From Marsupella aquatica (lineage: Eukaryota > Plantae > Marchantiophyta), in the NCBI GenBank assembly GCA_973895155.1, contig OZ316893.1, forward strand, positions 11,920,359 to 11,984,358: DNA of 64,000 nt, in the 5' to 3' direction. Positions 24,267-36,628 of the stretch are shown piece by piece (within the stretch, counting starts at the first letter, position 1; each line of letters begins with the position of its first letter). Both the position numbers and the translations under genes were made by a program. The notes under the pieces are model-generated. The model had not been told where the DNA came from, made no database searches, and saw nothing but the letters and a program-made list of their open reading frames with translations.

Positions 24267-27200
24267 CCAACGAAATGTACCTGTACCTGGTGATCCCTCG
24301 CGTGCCCAAGTCTCACAATGCGAGCTAGCTACTTCCCCGATTCCACGAAGTTTAAGCTGTGTCCGATTCCTCGTCCGATCCTAGACCAAAGTACGTGCAC
24401 GACGTAAATAAGAGGTGGGCGGCTTGCTCATACGCTAGCTTGGACTCCTAAAACATCCGCGAGGACGAGAGGAGCTTGGACACGGACCGGATCAGCTAGA
24501 TCGAGACGACAGACAACGAACGAACCACTGATCAATCTGATGAACGGACGCTGGTAATTAAGGTAAGTGCAAGGTTTGAATGAAACGTGATCGACCCAAG
24601 CAAGGGTGAGAGGATATACGTACAGGCAAGAGGGGGAGAGATTAGCCCCGGGTGACCAGGCCAGGATCCCGGCGAGGATGAGCACCATGCTTTGCGCTAC
24701 TTCACCCAATCAGTCAATGCAACAAGAGAGATGCCATCTAGCACTGTGTTCTACCCACTACTGATCACTAGCTCGTGCCTTCTCGATCAGTCAGCGCAAG
24801 TGTTGGGAAACAATGCTTGAACTGTTTGTCCTAAATTCGAACACCTCCACTCGACCACCCGCGTGCTAGCCCTCGTCTCCCGGCATTCGACTGTAGCTCA
24901 CCTCATCAAACGGGAACGTTTACTCATCAATTGAAAACCTGCTTGATACAAACTTAAGGTTTTCACTCTCTGGGATGACGACGTCGTGTAGAATCGGGGC
25001 TCTACCTATTCCTCGGCCTGAGGAAGTTTAGATACTCGGAACTCGTGCAATGCAGAGAAGACTTACTGTAGACTTCGAACAAGTTCAATGATGCGCAGGT
25101 CTAGAGGAGCTCAATTGCGATTCCCCATGATGCACTAGATAACGCCATGAAGCTAAGTCTGTTGTATAAATTCACAGTTGGCGGATCTGCTTGGTCACTG
25201 TTGCCGTTATTAAAGCATCTGAACTGTTTCCGAGTAGTTCGTCTAGAGTAACGTGATGTTGACCAAATCAGGTAACATGCTATTTTGGCCAATCCTGTCA
25301 AATCAAGCCAAACGGGAAGCCCAGTGGGTGCCTAGTGCCTTAGGGCCTGTCAAAATTGTGCCCTGCTGGTAATTACACATATAATATAATGTGTGCATAT
25401 ATTGATTTAAAAATAAATAAAGAGGTTTATCAGGTACGGAGGAATGTAATACATGTTATATGTCATATTTTGATGTGCAGTTACCAAGACCCCCAAAGTT
25501 CTGGGTGTTGAGTGCCTTATTAGTGCCTGTCAAAGTTCTGGGTGCAGAGTGTGTTATTAGGGAGTGCATGTCAAAGTTTTCTTTCAACGCAAAGTGTTAT
25601 GGGGGTTTTAGATGTAAACAATTTCTTTCCACTGGTCACAGTTGGAAAGGGTGTCCATGTTGTGAGAATAGAGAATCACAATATAGTCACTCAAAACTTT
25701 CACCACATGATTTTCAGTATCTGCACAGTTATGAAATTGATTTCCATTGTGGGTAGTACGTATGAACAAGGTTAGATGGTTACCTGGAGTCAAAGGTCTT
25801 CAACCAAGTCGCAATGGAGTGTAGCATTAGTAACTTTTCTATTTTTAGTCATGACATTTGTAACTCCAAGGGTCATAATCAAAGTCACGGCAAGTATAGT
25901 CACTTACAATTAACAAAGTCACACAAGCTGAAAATAGTCACATATTTGTTGGGTAAATTGTCAACCAGGATCGACACAAGAGTCACATCCAATGTGCACG
26001 CCAACAACTCATGCACATTCACCATGAGACTACACAGCATATAAGTGGTTCACCCGGATGGGCTACGTCCACTGTCGTCGAGGAATCACTAATGATCAAA
26101 TCATACATGGTCCACCATAGCCTCCTCCGCAGAGCTCTAAGGCGTATCTCCTCTCTAGGTCTTTCACCGACGACCTCACTATGTAGAATGAGTTCCACAC
26201 TGGAACTCTCTAAGGTATTATGCTTACTCGAGTGAGCCACTTCACAAACTGTGCTAGTGTCTAACTAGAGCTAATGCTAGCCGCAATTAGCGGAGTACAA
26301 GGTAGAGGCAATACCTAACAATATTGTCTGAATGTGAAATTTTCTTCTAGTGTCTTATGGGGCTTGTATTTAATTCTAGGTAATATGTAACTCCTTACGT
26401 TGTGGCCATAAAACAATTTTATTGCTTTACCTGTATCTCATTTATGGCGTTGTTTTGGCATGTCCTATTGGGAGGGAGCCCGAGTGACTTAATGGGAACT
26501 AGAGATATTATTGAAGAGTACTACTTGATGAACCCCATGAGGTAAGTTGATTTAAGGTCTGGGCGGGATCACTCATGATCCCATAAAGTAACAATTTTCA
26601 TTTACTTACGGGGTTGGCCCAAACAAAAAAATTTAATGAAAATAGGGATGGCAAAGGGAAATTGGGTTATTGGAATGCTTTGGTATACTATCCTGACTAC
26701 CCATGAATCCCTTCCTTAATTAAAGTAAATAGAGACAAAGACCAAAAAAACAATGAATATTGCCAGAAAAACCTTCTATGCTATTTCCCCTTCATCTTTG
26801 CCCTCGTCTTTGCCATCCCTATTTTTTAATTTTTTTTGGTGGAAACGTATGTCATGCCTTTATTCATTGACTGAAAAAAAACAAGGTGCCCGTCAGAGAG
26901 GAGGAGATGGGAAAGACAAAAATGAACCAAAATAAGGGGGCTAGGTCGGAGAGAGAGCACCCTAAGAGATCGAGAAGAATGAGGGCCAAGCGAATCTAGT
27001 CTGCCAATCCCTGGTATTATTTGTCCAACCTCATTTTCAATTTTGTCCTAATTGAGAGTCACCAACAGATTTGTCTTTTTTAAGAGTTACGGTCCGAAGG
27101 CTTCACTCAAGACCCTAGCTCTGGAAAGTAACTCTGTATTGCACTTTATTAGTAAGATATTGACTGTAATAGGTTTTTTAGTTGAACTAGATTTGAGCAG

Positions 27201-27471
27201 CGCTGTGCTTTGCTATGCCCCTATAGTAATTAGTTGACGTACTTCTTACCATTCATTAAGATGTTTCTAAGATCACTAGATTTCCAAGATCTATCCAATG
27301 TGCAGATTTGAGAACAAGGGAAATAAGCATGTTACCAGATTGGGCTTTGCCTTTTAGTGAACCCTGTTCAAGCCAATTCATAAACAACAATTAGAGTATG
27401 GTCAGTACTGTCTGGATAATTAGTGTCTAACTTTAAGAAACCCACCAACTGGTGGAGATGCTCTTAGAAGC

Positions 27472-27605
27472 TTTCAACTAGTTAATCACAAGTTCCCTTA
27501 TAAGTTAGTATGAGTAACTCTTGCTACTCATCCTCCTAAAAATTTTCAACTAGTTAATCACAAGTTCCCTTACAAATTTAATATGGGTAACCGTTGCTAC
27601 TCATC
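27472..27605 (+). repeat. Two-copy direct repeat, about 70 bp
   Basis: TTTCAACTAGTTAATCACAAGTTCCCTTA...TTGCTACTCATC occurs twice. Confidence 0.8.
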
Positions 27606-28409
27606 TAAGCACTCTAATATGCAATCCCAGTTTTTTTTCTCATGGTTTGTTTATAGAATGTCATTCTGGTGGGAAGTTTCCCTGAGTGGTCATCATCTTA
27701 ACTGTCTAAGTTGAAAATTTTCTCTAGCCATGATATGGGCCTAAAGTTGTGGACCTTTTTTTGCACCCAACTGTCACCGTCCCCATAGCTTGGAAGCTCC
27801 TGCAAATCCAGTTGTCAGGCCAACTAGCCAATCGTGGTGACCGACTAATCAAGTGGGGCCATTAGTGTGGGCCTTCCACGCAATGCAATTGTCAAGCTCA
27901 ATTCCCTCTCCCCGGACACGTACAACTTAACCACAGCACTACCACAGAAACTTGAATGTGCCAAGTGTAGTCATCCTCTTCATTACCACCAACAACTCCC
28001 TTTCAAAGCCACTTATTCCACCCCCAATTCCACCACTGGAGGCTTGATTATTGTCATGCACTTGATCAACTCCGACCCAGCAATGGCTAGCACCTACATA
28101 GAGATTGGCAAGTTAAATAAATATTCCATTCAAGGCAGATAACTTGGCCATTGTGTTGTCTTGAGCCCAACTCTCATGCCCAACTATCGTTGGTGATTTG
28201 GTCAACAAATAGAGCATCCTAGACTATCAGTCTTGCCATAAGCAAAAACAAAGGGGTGACACCCATTTCTTGTCTAGAGATACTCTGCCATGTTAGATAT
28301 TGCTCTAGTCTTGTGACTCATGAGCTAACCACAGTTAGTCTAACTTGGGTTAGGACTTAGCTAATGTTAGCGGTTGTGCATATAGCCAGGGCTGATGCCA
28401 GACCCTGGA

Positions 28410-28630
28410 TGGAACTTAGGCTCATTGTTACGGAGCTAGTTGAGAGATAGAGAGAGCTTGTGCTGTGGATGCTTGGTATGGCCGGTCGGCCTAGAGTGCA
28501 GTAAAGTTCTTGTGTGTTCCCATGGACGTAGTCTCATGTGGAGGTGAACCACGTATCTCTATGTGTAGACTATTGTGCGTTGGATGGTTCATGGGCTTGC
28601 CGTTGCGAATGTCGTCTATGCTCAACATGC
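28410..28630 (+). repeat. Dispersed repeat, inverted homologue of 55514-55751
   Basis: GGCCTAGAGTGCA..CTTGTGTGTTCCCATG..GAACCACGTAT..TTGTGCGTTGGATG..TTCATGGGCTTGCCGT..TGCTCAACA matches the reverse complement of 55514-55751. Confidence 0.8.
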
Positions 28631-30910
28631 CAAATGTGCCTTGCTTCCTCACTTTCTATTTGTCACCGATGGACCTCACTACCTCCAGGCGGGCCTCCAG
28701 GACATGCTCAATCCATGGCCCTATGCGCATAGCTTATCCTTGAACCTTGAGACCATCTCAAGGCTCCAAAACTACAACTAGCAAGATGCAACCAAGCCAC
28801 TCATGGCTTTATGGGACTCCCAACACAAGCCCATGCTCTTGCCCCTCCCAGGTTTCCTCAAGCTTCCAAGCCACCCAAAGACAAACCTTGTTATGTTATT
28901 GCAGACAAATAGATTGCAATACCGCCTTAGTCCAAGAAGGCACCTTGACAAAGGTGGTCATATATGAGTGGTTGCTAGTAGCGCCATCATTGACCTAGAC
29001 ACAATGTTATCAATGTGTAGTATTAATTGCCATCAAAAGTCATTGGCAGAGAGTTATATCCCAACTAGATGCTTACTTGTTGGTATGGTCCCAACTCATG
29101 GCTATGGTGTTGAGGGCAAATTGATACAGATTGAGGGCAAAAATAGGAGGCCAAAGTTGGTCTGGGGTGGCAGGTCCCCAGAAGTATGAGGAGAGTGTAT
29201 GTTCTAAGAACCCTCAATCACAACAAGGATCACAAGTTAGCAATTAGTTGAGATCATTCTTTCATTGCTCCTGCAGGCCAAGGGACAAGAGTAGTACACA
29301 AGGGCCATACATACATTCAAGTGGAGCATAGGGGAGGTTGAATTGGTTGGCTTTGACTTGTAGTGCAACCCAAAGTGGCCGGGTGATTTTGGCACGTTGC
29401 AAAGCTGGTGATGATGGCTACCGAGAGTAAAGGTCTGTGGTAGGACGCCAGGCTGGGCGCTACATTGGCACTCCATCTAGAGACCACTGTACCAATCTAC
29501 CCCGATGAGCATTTGGAGTTCATATGAAGATAGCTCTCATCCATAGCTTTCAAATGATCCTGAGAACTAAGTGAGCACTTCTCAAATGAATTCACACTTG
29601 CAAAGGTATGTTTGGGGCTTGAGCCTTTGGTTGCAAGGCGAGGGGTAACTCACCAAAAATCCATGAGGAGAACACTCCCTTCGTTTGGAGACTTGCACCC
29701 CAGGAGACACATGCGCCCAAGGAGCAATGTTGTGCTCTAACCAAGGTGTGAAGGGAGAATCAAATTAGTTGGACAATGTCCCTTTCTTCCCTATTCCGAA
29801 TTTTTCATGGAAAATTAGGAACAAGACCTCGACGGCTGCTCAATTGGCAGAAAAAGGCCTTAAATTTGATGAATGGGATGTAAGCTCGCCAAATTACGTA
29901 GCTGATGTTGTGTGTGCTATTGTAGGAGAAGGTATTTCGGGCAGATCAGGCGGCAGATTGCTCTCACAGGTAAAGAGAGGCTTTTGGGTGTGGACGTGTC
30001 AGATTATGTGAGTAGCCCTACCACGAGCAACGAGATCAATGTCCCAAAATGCTGGCGTTCATTCACAGCGCCGAGGGAGGGGCAATTTCAGGACTTGCGT
30101 TCAAGCTGCAGCTACAGTAACAAAGTGCCCAGAGGAGATCAAAATCCATAATTCCTCGATCAATCTGCTCTCAAGGAGTTCTCTGCAGCCTTTCCTTTAG
30201 TGTATGGTATATGTCCCGACCAGACAACGAGTGAAGTACACTGCCCTGAGCTCTCTTGTAGGAGAAGCACCGGGAGGCAAGCTTAGTTGTTTCCGAACGA
30301 TACATTGAAATATCTTTTCGTTAACTCGTTAGATTAAACAATATGGATATTTGGGTTTTCTGATTAAAATTGAAAAAGTGGAATAGTTGGGTATACTGGC
30401 ATTTTCTTTCCACAACAGTCGACTCAAAGTGTGAGGTTCAAATGGCCAGCTACCTGAATTCTACACACTTCAGTTTTCCGATTGCCCTCGAATTTCTACT
30501 CTTCGGACGCTCACGTTGGGTGTCTATCTGGGTCCCACACTGAAATGATTCCATCAAAAAGTTCAACCTTGATTGACTACTAGGCTTAAACTTCCCGACC
30601 CTTCTGTCCGAGAAGGCTATTGCATATTACTACATTGCCTGTAGTGAGTTTCAAACATTTCAGAAGCGAGCTGCTATATCTCTGTGCAGTGTCATAAGGT
30701 GACATACTCCTTACGAGTGCTCGTAGGAACCTTTGAAAAGATTCGATTCAAAAAAAATGTACTATACAGTTATATGGTGTGTATACAAGAGTCGGCACAC
30801 CTGTGCCACAGAAGCGCTCAATCATATACACACTACATCGTGCCTGTATGTTCTGGGATTCCTCGCGGAAGTAAATGGCTTTTGGAATTTCCATATTTTA
30901 AGGCCTTACT

Positions 30911-33839
30911 TCACAAACTCACCCAGTGTAAGGGATCCAATGCTTCTCCATTTCTCCTGACTGTATCAAACCATACCAAACATGACCCTGCCATGAGTTT
31001 GGGCAAAAGCACTACGTGTACAAGCATTTATGTGCTTAACTGCTATTTCTCGTGACTTCGCAAAGTTTCTTACTGATCGATATCGCCAGCTATCATATTA
31101 TCGAAATTTATTAGAGAATTCTGACCCAAGATGACTACACGAGCTTGAACAAGAAGAAAGGAAAAAAGACAATAATAGCATTCACCTTCAAAATGTAAAT
31201 GTGGACCAGTTGAATGCCCTGTTGAGCCCACTGCTGCAACAGGTTGCCCCTGTGCTACTTTCTGTCAATACAGCCGGACTACGCATTATCAAAGAACTCA
31301 AGCTTACCCATTCACTTCAGAGTTCATGAACAGCCAGCAATCCTTCTGTGGCTTAAAGTGAAACGTATCTCCTAGATAGTTTCAGTCGTTATAGCTCACC
31401 TGCCCCACACGAGCATGAATGGCACAGCAATGTGCGTATCTGGTGGTGAATCCTCCTTCATGTTGGATAGCGATCACATAGCCGTATCTGCCATCAAAAC
31501 AGAATTGACAATTTCATCCAAACTGTCCAAAACTCAAGAAAACCAAATGAGAGGAAGTTGCAAAGAGAGTAATGATAAACAGACATTAATTGATTGAGTA
31601 TCCAAGATAAATGCATAGCTTTCGAGCTGATCTTGCATCAGAGTAAAGTTTCACTGAAGAACTTGCTCAGCTTTTCAATAGTAAGCAGTGGAATAGCCAG
31701 TGTCGCTCTTATGAGCCTCATGCATCAAATAATGAATTGTGGCATATTGATAATATTCAGGAATAAGTGCAGACTAACCTGCCACTCCACCCTGCAAATG
31801 TTACAGTACCTTGGTCTGCTGCAAGAATTGGAGTCCCTTGTTCTGCGGCTACGTCAACACCCTACATTTCCATTTGTCAAATGATTAATTAATGACTGAC
31901 GGAAAGGTAACAATCCGGCCTTTCCATATCACCAAATACAAGTAAGTTGTGCTAGAGAAAATGGGACTCAAGAGAGACACTGGTCTTGCACAATCTCACC
32001 TCATGAAAGGCACCCCATCGCCAACCAAACGAGCTGCTGACAACACTGCGACAAAATTTCAGTCACTGAGTCCTCCTATCCCATGAGGTGCAAATCCCAA
32101 TTTTTCCAGCTGCTTCTAAAGAAGCTAATCAGAAGGATACCAGGAATATAAGCCAGTGACGTGAACAATACATGTTGGGTATGCTTATTGACGATTATGC
32201 CATTACCCAGCTGTGAGTGGTAGTTTGAAGCGCATCCTTTTCTCCTGGGGCGGAAAACCACGTTTTGTGTTCTTCCAACGCCCTAATCCACACACTAGGT
32301 ATTCTCAGCTTTTTAGCACGTTTCTGAATAGAAATAAATACTTGGCCAAAACTTTCATATTTCGTTTCTTGTCCAACGAGACTGAAATGATAGCGGTTTG
32401 AAAGTAACTTGCAGTCAGGCAAACAAAACGGACATCTGAAATATGGGGAGCAGATTAACCTTCTGCTTTACCCATGGTCATAGGTGGCGTAGCTTTTGTT
32501 GGAGGCAGTGGCCCTCCAACATCAAGCCTTGAGAAGAGAGGCCGATTGGTTCTCCGTCGCCCAGCTCTCAACTCTACTACTTCTGTCTTGGAGGGTCCTG
32601 CACACATGGACCTAATGCTTATCAATACACGAATGATCCTTCAAACATGTCAATTGAAAGCAAAGAAGAAGCAATCAGCTAACACACTACAGAACGACGA
32701 AGTTCGTTTCGTTTCTGACAAACACCGAAGGTCTGAACAGAAAGGAAAAAGGTTATAACTGTCTACAATACAACGCCAGTCACATTCCTCACTTTAACTA
32801 ATCATGTCATAAAAGAGAGCATCAATTCTCGTCAAGCCCTTTATTCAGCCAACAATTCAGTGAGAACCAGAGAAAGTGTACGGAATTGCTACAGTAAATT
32901 ACTTGTTGGAAAAATAGCATATCCACGATTTACTTCATGACATACCCGGTAGACGAGCAACGATGCAGAGAAGGATGAAGAATTCTGGAGCGGGGCTCTT
33001 ACCAGGGCTCACAGCCAACACGTCACCCTCAAAAATAACATCATCTCGAAGACAATTTAGATATTGGAGCTCCAATACCCCAAGTCTATGGGACCCGAAA
33101 AACAAGCGTAAATTGTTAAATCGATAACATCTCTTGTTTTTTAGAAGGAACAATGGACAACTGGGGCATCACTTGGATCTCTTCCAGTAAGCGACAACTG
33201 TCATTGAAACGTCGGTCAACATTCAGAGCACTTGGGAGGAAACCTCGATTACCCATGTGCAGAGGCAATGTCAGCCAGAGTATCCCCATATTGAACCTTC
33301 ACGGTGTTTGGTGACAATGTCCTGCTGTTCTGAGCATGGCCACTGAATTTGAAAGGGGGATGGAAAAATTTTAATGTCTTCTCCGAAGAATCCAACCTAT
33401 ACCCTAGGTCCGATGCAGCTCTCTCTCGCGGACTTGCCTTTCTCCCCACCAAATACTGCTGCTCAGATGCCACAGATCGCTCTATCTTGAGAATGCTGTT
33501 CGAATCCAGGAGCAACACTCAGGCTCATCTGCGTGAATATGTTGACAAGATGAACACACGGAATATACATGTTGAACATTGTCTTGCGTTCTTAGAAGGG
33601 AGGGACAAACATGAACATCAAAACTGGATTACTATGGGGCATTGTACACTGATGAGAACTTACCTCCCAGTGTAGATCGTATCATCTTGTAGATTATTCA
33701 GCCTTTTGATCGAATTGACAGAAGTCCTGAACTCGTTTGCCAGCCACTCTAAGGAATCGCCTTCCACGACCTTGTACTCCCAATGTTTCTTCCCCAGAAC
33801 GTGGCCGAAGAGGACCAAGGCTTTGCTGAGAGGAAGCAT
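30911..33839 (-). CDS. DipM: LysM-LysM-M23 metallopeptidase, DipM/NlpD-like peptidoglycan hydrolase (10 exons, 348 aa)
   Basis: Exons 33839-33664, 33495-33253, 33085-33003, 32597-32472, 32282-32207, 32045-32000, 31861-31779, 31487-31400, 31261-31186, 30960-30911. All introns are GT-AG, phases are consistent, total 1047 nt. LysM1 [42 protein letters not shown]; LysM2 [42 protein letters not shown]; M23 [16 protein letters not shown]...[19 protein letters not shown]...[24 protein letters not shown] with HxxxD and HxH Zn motifs. The gene symbol is inferred from domain architecture. Confidence 0.9.
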
Positions 33840-34169
33840 GTCGAAACCACGATTGGGTCACAACCCACTACTCTTTAAAAGATTTTCAACCTGGGGCCCT
33901 GGATTGCTACTGTACTGGGAAGTTTGCTGCCGGGGCAGATAGCTGCCTTGCTGAGTGTCACTTAGAAACGAGACATGGTGAGCAATGTCGATGGTTGTTC
34001 CTCGTTTATAATTCTTCAACAAATTAGAGTTCTACAGTAGTTAATGTGGCCAAATCTGGGTGACTCTACTCTTATTTAGGCGCTGATCCAGGGTGAGCCT
34101 CACGTGTAGAACTACTCAGGGTTCCAACAGGGGATGAAATTGCCAGATTGGCTATAGCTCTACAGGAGT

Positions 34170-34490
34170 CCTGGGCTGGAGCCTAAGGAGACAACGACTG
34201 TACAATGAGACAACTTTGAGTTCACAGCACTTCTGGGTTGGACCATGATGAGAAAACTACAATGAGACAACTTCGAGTTCGAGTTCACAGCACTTCTGGG
34301 CTGGAGCTTAATGAGACAACTATAATGAGACAATGTCGAGTTCACAGCACTTCTGCGCTGGAGCTTACTGCATGAGACATGAGACAAGTACTGTAGGATG
34401 AGACTCCTTCGAGCTCACAGCACTTCTGCGCTAGAGTACAATGAGACAACTTTGAGGATGACACAAGTTTGACTTCACAGCACTTCCCCA
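34170..34490 (+). repeat. Tandem repeat, about 60-70 bp unit, 5 copies, upstream of the LysM-M23 gene
   Basis: ATGAGACAA...TCACAGCACTTC recurs at about 34223, 34286, 34344, 34416 and 34476. Confidence 0.85.
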
Positions 34491-35789
34491 TGACCTCGAC
34501 AAAAGTTTCATGAATCAATGTGTGTTGGTATTAGTATTTTAGGTCACTTGATTTTGGGGCTTAACAGGAAAGATCACCCTTCATTTGAGAAAACTAGCCT
34601 GATCACCCGGATGTAAATAGAGATGACGACAAAAACAAGTTTGCAAAATAAAAATGCTGTTGTTCATTTTTGCCTCCATCCCTCTTTTCTTTCTTCCTCA
34701 TATTTATTTTTTGTCTTTATTGAGAGTCAGTCTTAGTTGTTTTCTTTCACCTTCACTTTTATTTTGTCTTTATTGAGAGTCACTCTTAGTTTTGTTCTTA
34801 TTTAGAGTCACTCTTAGTTTTGTTCTTATTTAGAGTCGATGACAATTTGGTTAATCTTTGATCCCATCCCTTTTTTTTGGTACACCTTCACTTTTAAGTT
34901 TTGTCTTATTGAGAGTTAAGGTCTAAGTTTAACTCTAGACAGTAGCCTTTGAAAGTAGCTTTGCATTGTTAGATTACTTGGTCAGACCCCAAGCACAATA
35001 AATCTCTTTGTGGGGCATGCTTTTTGAAAGCTTTCTTGGTGGATCCCCTCGTTCATGTGTGTGAAGGGGGTGCTAATAACAAGCCCTCACCTTGTTAGAA
35101 GATCAAGGTTTAGGTTTGTTAAAACTGTGTACATTGTAACAAAGTCGACGAGCACCACTCCACATGAAGGAAAACGTTGGGACACAAGCGCTGACTACCA
35201 AATGGGAGGGAGACACAATATGTGAAAGAAACCATTGGCACACAAGCTGGAGCTTTGTGCTCTGCCATAGCCCCAATCTGTGTCCCGGTTCGCAACAGTC
35301 ATAGGGAATCCGGGACCTTTGCTCTTTCCCCTCTTTTCCTTCCCTTCATTGGGTTGCTTTGCCATTAGGATCTTGTCTTCCGGTTCGGCCTTTTTTGCCT
35401 TTGGGCACTGTGATATTTAATTTGCTTTTTCCTTACTTGTTTTGCCCTGAGTTTATGCCCAGCCATCTTAAAGACAAAAGCGGGTGGGAGATTTAGCATT
35501 TTCATTATAGGAAATAAAGTGAAGCTTATTCTCTTGTTTCCATGTCCTAATTTAAAAACAATATAATCACAATGAAAAGTCAGTTTACACCAGGCTGCAC
35601 GTAATATTCTGGAAATTTGCATGACAACATACTTTCCAAATTTTACAAGGACCCCAAAATATTTTATTAGTCCATGGTCCAGATTTTAGTTATTTATTTA
35701 TTGTGCAAACTGAGATGACACTACTGTATGTGAGAAGGCATAATGTTTGGATGTTAAGATCACTTCATAGCACATGGCAAAAACCATCC

Positions 35790-36470
35790 AAATTACAACA
35801 CATGGTCCCTACTATCCAGGCATTGCACTTATATGCAGTGAACTTTAGGCAGGGTCCTCAGGACAGATCAAAAGTAGCCAAAAAAAGGGTTCCCGTTATC
35901 CAGGTATTGCACTTAGGCAGGGTCAACAGGACAAATCACAATTAACAAATAAGGGTCCCCATTATCCAGGTAATGAAAAGAACATATTATCCAGGCACAC
36001 TTGTACACACTGCCCTTACTCAACTGGACGAATCAAAAGTAACAAACAAGGGTCCAATTGAAAAAAATCTAACACTATAATAGGCAATCCCGCCCATTTG
36101 GCCACTTTCGTCCGTCGTCCCGTTACGAATTTGAATATCAGCGGGAATGAAACTGAACTGTCAGATTAAAGCATCTCTTTTTTCATATCCATCCGATCGT
36201 GAAATGAGACATGCATCAGATGTTGCTCCCTTCCGTGCACCCCCTGGACTCATTATGCCCCTCCACCCCCACCCGCAGCAAGGACCTCCACATAGGGCTT
36301 CGCGACTCACGTTTACATTCCATGCACTTTCTCCCTATGGGACCGGCCCTCCTTGCACAGTGCAACGCATCGGCATAGGGCTCGTATATATATATCCAGG
36401 TAAAGAAAATTATCATCCAGGAATTGCACTTATACTCTTTATGCAGTTAGGCAGGGTCCACTGGACGAAC
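35790..36470 (+). repeat. Short dispersed/tandem motif repeats upstream of CENP-C
   Basis: (T)ATCCAGG(C/T/A)ATTGCACTTA and TAGGCAGGGTC motifs occur several times at 35810-36000 and again at 36410-36460. Confidence 0.65.
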
Positions 36471-36628
36471 TCGCAGGTCGTGTCTCGCGACACCCAACGG
36501 ATCCGAAATTCAAAAAACCATCGTTGTGAGAAAATCAGACCTCGAATGTCGAACAAAGTTTCTTTCGGAGAGAGAAGAACGATGAAGAAGGAGCGAAATC
36601 GTAGAGAGAGAGAGAGAGAGAGACGAGA

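Noticed and set aside
28850-29750. Possible degenerate LINE reverse-transcriptase remnant (RQIDCNTALVQE; GG-L-W-like fragment)
   Set aside because: The motif resemblance is too weak to support without a profile search.
29769-30200. Short ORFs with splice-like signals
   Set aside because: No recognisable domain and no consistent multi-exon frame.
30911-33839. Bacterial contamination as the source of the LysM-M23 gene
   Set aside because: It has nine spliceosomal GT-AG introns and is flanked by plant nuclear genes.
33249-33839. LysM receptor kinase or fusion of the LysM exons to the downstream RLK
   Set aside because: The LysM exons splice in phase to an M23 domain ending at a stop at 30911. 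The RLKs have their own signal peptides.
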